Below are positions 7,271-16,500 of a DNA stretch of 31,651 bases, piece by piece. Numbering within the stretch: position 1 is the stretch's first letter; each line of letters begins with the position of its first letter. The notes beneath the pieces were generated by a model. The model had not been told where the DNA came from. It was given only the letters and a program-made list of their open reading frames with translations, and made no database searches. The position numbers were made by a program, and so were the translations under genes. The DNA is from a virus (Duplodnaviria > Caudoviricetes), in IMG/VR virus record IMGVR_UViG_3300027863_000120, positions 1-31,651 of that record; one strand, 5' to 3'.

Positions 7271-9517
7271 ATGCCAGCTATTGCAGTACATCATACCGAT
7301 ACATCTGATTCAGCCTGGGACGCCGGTGCGAATGAGAAGCGCCTGAGATCCGGCGAAAGCCAATCCTATTACGCACGCGAGTATGCCTGGCGTGACCCTA
7401 AGGCTGATCAATCAACCAAGTCAGCTTACAAGTTTCCGCATCACGAAGTTGATGGGAACGGCGACCCCGGGCCAGCTAACATGACTGCATGCTCTACGGG
7501 TATTGGAGCGCTCAATCATGCCCGCGGTGGCGCGGACATTCCTGACAGCGACCGCCAAGGAGTGTATCGGCACCTGGCCGCCCACCTAAAGGACGGCGGC
7601 AAGGAGCCCCCTGAGCTCATGCAGGCGAGTGTCCGAGAGACCGGCGGCACAGCGACCGATAGCGCCGAACATGTGGAGCTCTCTTCAGTTCTTTCGCCTC
7701 CCGCGACGGTAGACGCGTCCGCCCGAACCGTGAATGTAGTCGCCTATTCGGGAGCGACGGTGATGCGCATCGACCCATGGACGGGGGAAATATCTCAGTT
7801 GCGCCTCGGACTGTCGGATAGCGAGGTTCGCATCGGGAGGCTAGTTGGCGCTCCGGTCCTAAACGCTCATTCGGCGGAGACCGTAAGCGATCAGATAGGA
7901 GTGGTAGAGCGGGCCTGGATCGACAGCGGCAAGCTACTGGCTACGTTGCGCTTTAGCAAACGGGCGGACGTCGAGCCTATCTGGCAAGATATCCGCTCCG
8001 GAATCATTCGCAACGTTTCGATTGGAGCGCTGATTTATAAGCGCGACCGCCAAGAGGACGGTTCTTATGTGGCCACTGACTGGGAGCCGATGGAAATCTC
8101 CGTTGTCCCAGTTCCGGCTGATCCGAGAGCTACCGTGCTCTCGCAAGTTGTACCACAAGCGCGGGTTGAAACCCGTAAACCAGTGAAGGAGGAAGTAATG
8201 GATGAAAAAATAACTGCGGGTGTCAATGAGACCCGCGAAACCGCTGACATTGCCGCCCTGCGTGCGCAAGTTGTGGCTGAACAGCAAAAGATCAGAACTG
8301 CTGTGCGGGCCGCAAAGCTCGAAGAAAAATTCGCAGACGATCTTTGCTCGCGCGGCGTGACGCTCGAGGAAGCGCGTGCGGCTATTTTTGATGAATTGAC
8401 ACGACGCTATGAGCAGAACGCTACGCGCTCGCAAGTGGTCAGCATTGAACACGATGCAGTAGATAAGCGGATTGAGGGGATGACCGCTTCCTTGCTGCAT
8501 CAAATCGATAACAAGCGTTATGCCGATGATACGGCCTCACCATGGCGGGGAATGCGCCTTTCGCGAATGGCTGAAGAATGCATTCACCTTGCCGGGGGCA
8601 GGCGGCCGACAAACCCCAATGAAATAGTTAAGTTTGCGTTAAGCACAAGCGATTTTCCGGATGTGCTCGCAAACGTAGCCAATAAGATTCTCCTTGATGC
8701 GTATCAGGTTGCCGCGCCTAGCTACAAGCGCTGGGCGAAACAGAGTACCGCTCCCGACTTTAAGCCAGTGACCCGAGTGAGAATTGGCGAATTTCCAAAC
8801 TTTGTAGAACTAGCCGAAGGGGGCACTATAACCTATGGCTCAGTGGCTGAGAGCAAGGAGCAATACGGCCTCAAGACTTATAGCGGCGGACTTCTGATTA
8901 CACGGGAAATGATCATCAATGATGATTTGGGCGCCATCCGGCAAATGTTCGAAGGTGTTGGTACACAGGCCGCAATACTTGAAAATAAGAAAGTATATGA
9001 GGCTTTAACCTCGAATCCCACTATGAGCGATGGAGTGGCGCTATTCCATACCAATCATGGAAACTTGGCCGGTACTGGCGGGGCCATCTCTATCACCACG
9101 CTTGACGCCGGATCAGTGGCTATGATGACGCAAAAGGGGCTGGATGGCAAAACCCCGCTCAACATACCGCCACGCTTCTTAATTGTTCCCCATGCCAAGC
9201 GCGTAACGGCAGTTCAATACACCAACGTGCCCAATATTGTTGTTACGAAGCAGGCGGACTTTAACCCATTTGCTGGCCAGCTCGAGGTCGTGGCTGATGC
9301 CAACTTAGATGTTGCCTCGGCTACAGCATGGTATCTTGCGGCTGACCCCATGGCATGCCCCACTGTAGAGTATGCCTATTTGGATGGGGCGCAAGGGCCG
9401 CAGATCCAGAGGATCGATAATCCCGATGATGTTTTAGGCTTGAAGCTTAAGGCCTGGCTTGACTTCGGCGCTAAAGCTATCGATTGGCGTGGTCTGTATA
9501 AGAATCCAGGAGCGTGA
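7271..9517 (+). CDS. fused extra N-terminal domain + prohead protease + major capsid protein
   Basis: Protease motifs PVLNAH, IIRNVSIG, WEPMEISVVPVPADP; capsid motifs STSDFP, ITREMIINDDLG, LDFGAKAIDWRGLYKNPG; ~120-aa N-terminal extension. Confidence 0.92.
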   Translation: MPAIAVHHTDTSDSAWDAGANEKRLRSGESQSYYAREYAWRDPKADQSTKSAYKFPHHEVDGNGDPGPANMTACSTGIGALNHARGGADIPDSDRQGVYRHLAAHLKDGGKEPPELMQASVRETGGTATDSAEHVELSSVLSPPATVDASARTVNVVAYSGATVMRIDPWTGEISQLRLGLSDSEVRIGRLVGAPVLNAHSAETVSDQIGVVERAWIDSGKLLATLRFSKRADVEPIWQDIRSGIIRNVSIGALIYKRDRQEDGSYVATDWEPMEISVVPVPADPRATVLSQVVPQARVETRKPVKEEVMDEKITAGVNETRETADIAALRAQVVAEQQKIRTAVRAAKLEEKFADDLCSRGVTLEEARAAIFDELTRRYEQNATRSQVVSIEHDAVDKRIEGMTASLLHQIDNKRYADDTASPWRGMRLSRMAEECIHLAGGRRPTNPNEIVKFALSTSDFPDVLANVANKILLDAYQVAAPSYKRWAKQSTAPDFKPVTRVRIGEFPNFVELAEGGTITYGSVAESKEQYGLKTYSGGLLITREMIINDDLGAIRQMFEGVGTQAAILENKKVYEALTSNPTMSDGVALFHTNHGNLAGTGGAISITTLDAGSVAMMTQKGLDGKTPLNIPPRFLIVPHAKRVTAVQYTNVPNIVVTKQADFNPFAGQLEVVADANLDVASATAWYLAADPMACPTVEYAYLDGAQGPQIQRIDNPDDVLGLKLKAWLDFGAKAIDWRGLYKNPGA
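8186..8200 (+). promoter_or_regulatory. internal in-frame translation start (AAGGAGG + ATG 8198) for scaffold/capsid-only product
   Basis: Strong SD at 8186-8192 and in-frame ATG just after the protease domain. Confidence 0.6.
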
Positions 9518-9525
9518 GGTGAACC

Positions 9526-9873
9526 ATGAAAAATTTCGTACAGGAACCTATAACCTTGACGATTGCCGTAACTGATCCATCGTCCCCTGCGTCGGGCGCC
9601 CCAGTGCGAATCGGCAGCTTTTGCGGCGTAGCAGTCGGAGATGTCGGCAGTGATGGAAAGACCGTTGTCCGCATTTCTGGCGTGGTTAATGTCGCCGTGA
9701 AGGGTGTAGATGGAGCGGGGAATTCTGCCGTTGCGGTCGGAGACAAGATCTATTACGTCGACGCCGATACGCCAAAGCTGAGCAAGAAGTCGACTGGGAC
9801 ATTCTTTGGATATGCCCTTGGCACTGTGAGCACTGGTGGAACCAGCACCATTAATGTGCTACTTGCAAACTGA
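9526..9873 (+). CDS. DUF2190-family capsid-associated (decoration/cement) protein
   Basis: MKNFVQE start, SGAPVRIG, GVAVGD, VGDKIYY, GYAL; directly after capsid. Confidence 0.8.
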   Translation: MKNFVQEPITLTIAVTDPSSPASGAPVRIGSFCGVAVGDVGSDGKTVVRISGVVNVAVKGVDGAGNSAVAVGDKIYYVDADTPKLSKKSTGTFFGYALGTVSTGGTSTINVLLAN

Positions 9874-9874
9874 C

Positions 9875-10171
9875 ATGTTGCAAGACTTTGCCAGCATGGA
9901 CCGCGCCTGTCTGACGGCCTTTGGGAGAGATATTGTATTCTTACCTAAATCCGGAGGGCAGGCGCAGGTCCGCGCCATCTTTGAGCGGACAGTTCAGGCT
10001 GAGGATGCCTCACCAGGCGTCTATGCTGTCATGTTTGTGCGACCGGCGGACTTACCGTCTGCACCCGTTCGTGGGGATTCTGTTCTTGTGGATGGAGTGG
10101 TCTACAAGATCTTTGACATTGAAGCCGACTCTAGCGGGGGGGCAGTGTTAAAGTTGCGCAAGGCGGACTAA
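9875..10171 (+). CDS. head-tail joining (head closure, gpFII-like) protein
   Basis: Size, position, PVRGDSVLVDGVVYKI motif; start moved to ATG 9875. Confidence 0.75.
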   Translation: MLQDFASMDRACLTAFGRDIVFLPKSGGQAQVRAIFERTVQAEDASPGVYAVMFVRPADLPSAPVRGDSVLVDGVVYKIFDIEADSSGGAVLKLRKAD

Positions 10172-10674
10172 TGGCTAGCGTGCGGGTCTATGTCAAGCGG
10201 CAACTGCGGTTAGACAGGCTCACCTTCCAGCAGCGACAGATGTATGAGTTAGGGCAAATCGGTGTTGGCGCGGTGAAACATCGCGTGCAATCCGCCATTG
10301 GCCCAAACGACGCTCCGGCAAAGCCGCTCACCAAAAGTTACGCCATCTGGAAGACTCGCCAAGGAAAGGGCAACCGGCGCAACTTGACGCTTTCGGGCGA
10401 CATGCTCAAAAGCTTCGAGACGCGAACGGTGAGCGAACAGGCCGCAAAGGCTTACGTCACGGGGCGGTCCTCGATAAAAACGGTTAGAAACAAAAGAGGC
10501 CGCCTGGTGGGGATAGAGAACAGAATTAAAGCCTGGGTCAATCAACAACGGGAACCCTGGATGGTATTTTCGCCGAAGAACAAAGCGGTTGTGCTCGAGG
10601 CCGCAAGGAAAATGATCGAAGCGATAAAGCCGCGGCTGCTGCTACAGAAGGGTCTCGGCGGTAGGCAACTATGA
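10171..10674 (+). CDS. virion morphogenesis/tail completion protein
   Basis: Basic protein with KPLTKSYA..K and NLTLSGDML motifs; position among connector genes. Confidence 0.65.
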   Translation: MASVRVYVKRQLRLDRLTFQQRQMYELGQIGVGAVKHRVQSAIGPNDAPAKPLTKSYAIWKTRQGKGNRRNLTLSGDMLKSFETRTVSEQAAKAYVTGRSSIKTVRNKRGRLVGIENRIKAWVNQQREPWMVFSPKNKAVVLEAARKMIEAIKPRLLLQKGLGGRQL

Positions 10675-11144
10675 TAGATCCATCCGAACTGGTCGACAAT
10701 CTGGTCGCACTGCTGCGCGACATCCCGGAACTGGTCGCCGAGATGGAGGGCGATGAGCAGCGGATCTTCGCATACCATGACCAGTATCCCAAGCACTCCA
10801 GCCTCGCGGAAGCTATTCACCAGATGCCAGCGCCTAGCATCATGGTTGCCTGGCAAGGAACCAGCCCGGGGAGCTTCGGCGGCGTGGATGTTTGGAGGCA
10901 CCAAGTCACGCTCTATCTGCGGGCGCGCGAGACCTTTGACGGTGACCCGCCCACGGCCTATTACCGGTTGTTCCGGCTGATCACCAAGGGTGTCCCGGCA
11001 TCTGCGGGTGTGCCGATGCTCAATGCGGCGGTGCATTCGTCCTGTTACCCCATGGACCTGCCACAGATTCAGCGGCAGACTGACGCGGAAGGGCTGGACT
11101 ATTTCGAAGTTCCACTAAGTTTCACGGAGATAGGAGATGACTGA
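10671..11144 (+). CDS. putative tail terminator
   Basis: 157 aa, position upstream of the tail tube; ATGA coupling. Confidence 0.55.
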   Translation: MIDPSELVDNLVALLRDIPELVAEMEGDEQRIFAYHDQYPKHSSLAEAIHQMPAPSIMVAWQGTSPGSFGGVDVWRHQVTLYLRARETFDGDPPTAYYRLFRLITKGVPASAGVPMLNAAVHSSCYPMDLPQIQRQTDAEGLDYFEVPLSFTEIGDD

Positions 11145-11304
11145 TACGGTATTTATGGTTTCGCCACAGGGCGAGGTGCGGGAGGTGGAGGCCAGCCCGG
11201 CTGCGCTCGTGCCACTGATGATTCGGGGCTGGCAGCAAAAACAAGAGGAGGTAAAACCTGATGTCAGTAGCACGGATGCAAGAAATACAGATTTGCTTCG
11301 GTAA
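11137..11304 (+). CDS. small hypothetical protein (55 aa, not in ORF track)
   Basis: Hand translation MTDTVFMVSPQGEVREVEASPAALVPLMIRGWQQKQEEVKPDVSSTDARNTDLLR; GGAG-rich upstream; fills the gap before the tail tube. Confidence 0.6.
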   Translation: MTDTVFMVSPQGEVREVEASPAALVPLMIRGWQQKQEEVKPDVSSTDARNTDLLR

Positions 11305-12301
11305 GCAAAAGCAAGCCGACATCGCAACGGCCAACACGAGCGGTCAGATGTGGCAGTTGCGCAAACTCAACGCCGCTCTCGCCAATCCAAAACTAAATAC
11401 TGAGAGTGATGCCGACGAGTATGGAAAAGGTCACGAATTCGCGACCCAAACCTTCAATACTTCCTGGGATGTCGCTGGACAGATAGAAAAATATCTTAGC
11501 GCCGAAATCGCCGCGTGGGCCATGGCATTCGGACTCGGTAAGGTGGTGAAATCCGGGTCATCGCCAAACTTCACCTATACATGCACACCACTAGTGCCGG
11601 CGAATGGGGATGCGACCGAACTACCTTACTTCAGCTTCGTCGAACAGATCAGACCGGGGACGGGCGTCGTGGTGGACCGCATGGCGGTGGGCTGCGCAGT
11701 TGAGGGTTGGACTTTATCGGTAGGGAGCGGTCCGGGACGTGCCAACTCAAAGATCACCGTAGACTTTGTGGGCTCGGGCAAATATGTCGAGCCGTCTGGG
11801 ATCACCGTACCGACGGCAACGGCGGAAAAACTTCTGCCGGCGGCTTCGCTCGCAGTAAGCATCAATGGCGTAGACTACGTTTCGAACAAGAATTTCGTTT
11901 CTCTCGAGGCCTCCTGGAAGAATAACATTCTGCTAGATCTAGGATTCTATCCGGGCTCTGGCTTCCAAAGCGCTGGCAATGCAACGAGCGGTGCCATCCG
12001 CGGACGCCTGGAGTTCGGAAAACGGCAGTCTACGCTTAAATTTGTCGCTCGCTTCGAGAATGGATCAACCGAGCTGACCAAACTTAAAAACCGAACCACG
12101 GGCTCGGCAAGCCTGACTCTGTCATATGACACCAATAACTCACTTGCTATCACCTGGCCCAAGGTTGCTTTCTCTGCTGTCGAGGTCGGTGAAACCGACG
12201 GCATTGTGACAGTGTCTGTCGACTGCCTTCCATTCTGGGATGATACCAATGGCGTTATTTCGGCGGTAGCAAAATGCGGCGTGGACGGAATCTGTCAATA
12301 A
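11261..12301 (+). CDS. major tail tube protein
   Basis: 346 aa, S/T/G-rich beta-type sequence; strong SD GAGGAGG; precedes chaperone and tape measure. Confidence 0.75.
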   Translation: MSVARMQEIQICFGKQKQADIATANTSGQMWQLRKLNAALANPKLNTESDADEYGKGHEFATQTFNTSWDVAGQIEKYLSAEIAAWAMAFGLGKVVKSGSSPNFTYTCTPLVPANGDATELPYFSFVEQIRPGTGVVVDRMAVGCAVEGWTLSVGSGPGRANSKITVDFVGSGKYVEPSGITVPTATAEKLLPAASLAVSINGVDYVSNKNFVSLEASWKNNILLDLGFYPGSGFQSAGNATSGAIRGRLEFGKRQSTLKFVARFENGSTELTKLKNRTTGSASLTLSYDTNNSLAITWPKVAFSAVEVGETDGIVTVSVDCLPFWDDTNGVISAVAKCGVDGICQ

Positions 12302-12313
12302 GGCGAATTAATT

Positions 12314-12916
12314 ATGTTTGATGCGAAACAATCAATCACGGTTAATCTTCGAACACCCGAGGGCCTAAAATCGGTTCGGGTTAGATTTCCGTCAGATGAA
12401 GAATGGATTGAACGCCAGAAGAAACGCAAGGTCATCGTGAAGCAGCTAGGTCGAGGAATCTCGGAGACTACTGTCCCTGATTCAGCAGAGGCCGACGCTG
12501 CGCTGCTCGCAAAGATCCGCGAGCAGGAAGAGAACCCGCCTGAAGTCGACGCTTTCGAGGCCAGCCGGATCATAGAGCAGTTGAGTCAAGCTGATGTTGA
12601 TGACGTTGTTCCGGTGGGCGATGGCTTCCGTGTGACGATGCGCGTCCTTGGCGGCACGGTTAGCCACGTGCTGCGCATGCCTTCAGCCAAGGATGTCTTT
12701 GAATACCGGCGCGGCTTCGCGCGCGTGCTCGACCTGCCTTATAATCGCCAGGAGTTGATTATCAACCTCGCGCCGGCGGCGGCACTTTACAAGAAGTTGG
12801 CGGAATCGACCGAAGGTTATGCAGGTGAAGTTCCGGTGATCCACCAGGTGGTCGCCGTAAAGGCTGCGATCGACGCGTTGGAGGGAATTTTTGAGGACAC
12901 TTCTGACCCAAACTGA
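12314..12916 (+). CDS. tail assembly chaperone (gpG-like)
   Basis: Between tube and tape measure; ends in slippery heptamer C CCA AAC then TGA. Confidence 0.8.
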   Translation: MFDAKQSITVNLRTPEGLKSVRVRFPSDEEWIERQKKRKVIVKQLGRGISETTVPDSAEADAALLAKIREQEENPPEVDAFEASRIIEQLSQADVDDVVPVGDGFRVTMRVLGGTVSHVLRMPSAKDVFEYRRGFARVLDLPYNRQELIINLAPAAALYKKLAESTEGYAGEVPVIHQVVAVKAAIDALEGIFEDTSDPN

Positions 12917-12949
12917 CAAGCGGGGAGTGGCCCGAAAAACCCTCCCTGC
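12907..12949 (+). promoter_or_regulatory. programmed -1 ribosomal frameshift signal
   Basis: X XXY YYZ heptamer CCCAAAC at 12907-12913; 6-nt spacer; hairpin pairing 12920-12930 with 12940-12949. Confidence 0.85.
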
Positions 12950-13251
12950 GATTTCTGATTCACTGGGCACTGCGTCGCGAAGAACTCTGCGATCCAGGCC
13001 TTTGCCCGGACGCCCCCGACGACGGCGGGCATTGCGACCACTGCCCGCTCGATAAACTAGATGCGGAGCAGTCCTCGCCTCGCGGCGAACTACTGCGGCG
13101 AGCTATCGATCTTTGCGCGGCGCTGAAGCTCGGCGTACATATCGGCCTGGACGAAATTCGGGCGGATGAGTTCTACGCCATGCTCGTGATCGAGGAGGAA
13201 CGCGACCAGATAGAGCGTGAGCGCTTATCTGATGAGGCGGTAAAGAGCTAG
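12907..13251 (+). CDS. -1 frame extension of tail chaperone (gpGT-like; not in ORF track)
   Basis: Open -1 frame ...LTSGEWPEKPSLRFLIHWALRREELCDPGLCPDAPDDGGHCDHCPLDKL...ERERLSDEAVKS* with no early ATG. Confidence 0.82.
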   Translation, partial: PKLTSGEWPEKPSLRFLIHWALRREELCDPGLCPDAPDDGGHCDHCPLDKLDAEQSSPRGELLRRAIDLCAALKLGVHIGLDEIRADEFYAMLVIEEERDQIERERLSDEAVKS

Positions 13252-13506
13252 CGCCCCATAATAAAGAAATACAATCGATCCGATAAACGCAATGATCGAA
13301 ACCATTGAGACCACCGTGCCCCTCCAGCCTAATAGTGAATGACAATAGGGGCATTTTACCGCCCCGGCTGGAATCGGCTTCTTACACACGTCGCAGATTG
13401 TTTCAGATGCCAATGGCGTTCGCGGTGGTCGACTGGTGAAAGAATATCCGCAGTCGCACCACTCCGCGGAAGGAACGTTTTCAAGACCGCAAGCCGGGCA
13501 CTTCAT
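13225..13506 (-). CDS. antisense moron: double zinc-ribbon protein with C-terminal transmembrane helix
   Basis: MKCPACG...WCDCG...CDVC...KCPYC then VVSMVSIIAFIGSIVFLYYGALALY; start at ATG 13506 avoids overlap with tape measure. Confidence 0.8.
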   Translation of the reverse strand: MKCPACGLENVPSAEWCDCGYSFTSRPPRTPLASETICDVCKKPIPAGAVKCPYCHSLLGWRGTVVSMVSIIAFIGSIVFLYYGALALYRLIR

Positions 13507-13521
13507 AGCTCTTTTGCTATA

Positions 13522-13547
13522 CCACGACAGCCCGGGACAAATCAAGT
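13522..13547. promoter_or_regulatory. intergenic motif CCAC-N7-CGGGACAAATCAAGT, copy 2; on minus strand overlaps a sigma70-like promoter for the moron
   Basis: Matches 306-331; minus strand reads TTGATT-18 nt-TATAGC with a TG extension upstream of ATG 13506. Confidence 0.5.
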
Positions 13548-13555
13548 AGGCAATT

Positions 13556-16500
13556 ATGGCTGATAACAAGCTCGAACTTGTCGTAGAGGTCGATGCCAGC
13601 CGGGCCAACGCCTCGATCAAGGGCGTGAATTCCAGCTTGTCTAGTCTGGAAGCCACAGCCGTGAAAAGCGCCGGCGGCGCGTCCCAAGGCATCGACGGCA
13701 TGACGATGAGCATGACCAAAGGCGTGCTTGCGGGACAGGCACTGTATGGCGCCTTAATGTCACTGGCCCGTGCGGCGAGGTCAATGACATTGGGCGCTAT
13801 CGAGATGCAGGATAGCCTCGGGAAGACCGCTCAGCGGGTCGGAATGGGCGTCGAGTCCCTCAGTGCGTTGCGGTACGCCGCTCAGTTGTCGGACGTAGAC
13901 ATGAGCGACCTCGCCGTCTCGATTGCCCGATTTTCTAAAAACATCGCTGGCGGTTCAGTGCAACTCGATGCGCTCGGCATAAAGACTCGCAATGCCGACC
14001 ATTCGATGCGCGACACATACGCAATTCTGAGTGATGTAGCAGCGAAGTTCGCGCAAATGCCGGACGGCGTGCAGAAAACGGCGCTGGCCGTTGAGCTGTT
14101 CGGGAGAGGTGGAGCGAGACTGATTCCACTGCTAAATCAAGGTTCTTCTGGGCTTGCTTCAATGGCCAAGGAGGCGCGCGAACTAGGAATTGTCATGTCT
14201 GATGAGGACGCCAAAAAAGCGGAGGAATTTGAAGACAACTTAAAGACGTTACGTTCTGCTGTTCTGGGCTTGGAACTCGCGCTATCTAAGGAACTTGTTC
14301 CCGCAGCGCTTGAGTTTACTGACGCTGCGATCAAATGGGTACGCGGAGGCGGATTGCAGGAGCTCGTAGCTTACCTAAAGCAGGCCGCGGAATATCTGAA
14401 AATCCTCGCAATAGTAGTTGTCGAATACAAGCTAATTTCTATCTTGTACAGCCTAGAAACTGCCATTGGTAAGGTCGCTCTCGCCACACGTGGGCTCAAT
14501 GCCGTCCTGCTTGCGAATCCATGGACAGTTGCCGCCGCCGGTGTAGTTGCTCTAGGCACGGTGGTATGGGCGCAAAAAGAAAAGTTAGATGCGTATCAGC
14601 AGTCACTAAGCAAGGCCGCAGACAAGGCCGCACTATTCGCAGCGGTCAATAAAGGCGCTACTCTTGCCGACCTAAGAAAGCAAGGGTATACGGATGAAGC
14701 TATTAGATCAGCCTACGGAATGCCTGCGCCACCCACAGAAAAGCAAAAAGCGACGCCATATGATGAGGAGGACGTAAGGAAAGCGCAAGAGGCCGCGAGG
14801 AAAATTGCCGAAGCGGAAAAGCGTAGCGCGGAAATCCTAGACAAAGCCAGGCGTGGGGAGCAGGATGGTCTCGCGAAAATCCTCGAGCAGTACCGGCAAT
14901 ACAGGCAAGAGTTGGGTCTTAGTGCCAAGGCGCAACGAGACCTTGCGAGTGCTGAGACAATTACGCTGCGCCAGGAGGCGGCGAAGGAGATGGCCTCCTA
15001 TGCTCAGGCTACCGCCAAGGAACTCGAAGAGGCAAATGAATATTGGCGCAAAATCAGAGAGCAACAACTGAAGGATTCTACCGATTTTGCTGATGAGACG
15101 AGCAAGATTGAGATGGAATCCGCGCAATCGCGGCTGAACTACGAGCAGACCGTAGCAGAGCAGATTCGTGACGCGCAATTGCGCCAACTCGACGCCGTTG
15201 GAGCTCGCACGGTTGAGCAGCAAGTCGCATTGCAACAGAAGCGCCTAGAAATCGAGATTGACTATCTGAACCGCACGCTGGAGCTAAAACGCGAAGAGCT
15301 TAATCGCGAAAAAGACCTTGAGATTGCCGAAATGGAGGCCGTAGCTCGGGCAAGGGGCATCTCTGAAGAGCTAATACAGCAGCGTAGAGCGGCTATCGAT
15401 CAAAAGTATTCCGAGCAGACAGCAGAACTCGAGGCTGGAACACAAGAGGCCATACAGGCGGCAAAAGAGAACACAGCCATAAAGCAGGCTCAGATAGTCG
15501 AAGACTATAATCAGAAAGTCTTTGACACTTTCAAACGAGAGGCTGAAGGGGTATTTGACGCCCTGCTAACTAAGGGTCAGTCGGTCTGGTCAGCGTTGGC
15601 AAACAGCCTCAAGACTGCCGTACTGACCGCCATCAAGGAAATACTGAGCTCCGAGGTGGCTGCGCTGCTCATGCGGCTATTCACTGGCCTTCGCGTTCCC
15701 GTTGGATTAAGTGGGGCTGGCGGTGCCGCTGCGATCCTTGGCGCCGCCGCGCCGGCTTTTGGCTCTACTGGCGGCTTCAACGTCCCTATTCCGGGCGTGC
15801 CCGAATACCCCGGAGGCCTTGGCGGCATTACCAAGATAGGAGGCATATTGTCCAAGGGCGCATTATCCGCGTCCAGTCTTGCTCCGCTTGGTCTTGGCGC
15901 TTCCTTGTTCGGGCTTACTTCAGCCTTCCGGCTTGGACAAAAGGGAGGCGTAGGCACAGCTCTCGGAGCAGGTCTTGGGGCCTTCAGTGGGCTGCTCGGT
16001 TTTGGTTCGCTGACAGCTATGTTTCCCGCGCTGCTAGCGGCAGGACCATTTGGCTGGATAGCCGCAGGAGCAGTTGGCGCAATCACGGGGCTAATCGGGC
16101 TATTTCACAAGAGTGCTGAACAGAAGGCTCGAGAGAAAATCAAGGCCACCTACGGCGTCGACATCCGTGAAAAAAACATCCTGACCGAAATTGTGAATAT
16201 GGCGAAGCAAGGCTTTGGCGGAAACCTGGACGCGGCTATACGGAGTCAGCAAGTGCGCGACTTAGTGGAACTCTATGCAATGTCCACCGGTCAGAGCACC
16301 TCGGGCATCCCCCCAAAGGTAACGCCGGTATCACTTCTACAGCAAGGCGGCCTGCTCTATCAGCAGAACGCGTCTAATGGGGCTTTCTCACTTGACCGCA
16401 TTGGCGCGGGAGCGCCATCTGGCGGTACAACGGTGATCAATATAAGCATCCCAGGGGCCAAGGAATTCTTTGAGCAAGAAACCGTCCGCGTGGTGGTGAA

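Noticed and set aside
12883-12894. GGGAATT/TTTT as the slippery site
   Set aside because: The -1 frame hits TGA at 12892-12894 immediately
13507-13719. 164-aa long version of the antisense ORF
   Set aside because: Would overlap the tape measure start; Zn ribbon and promoter support ATG 13506
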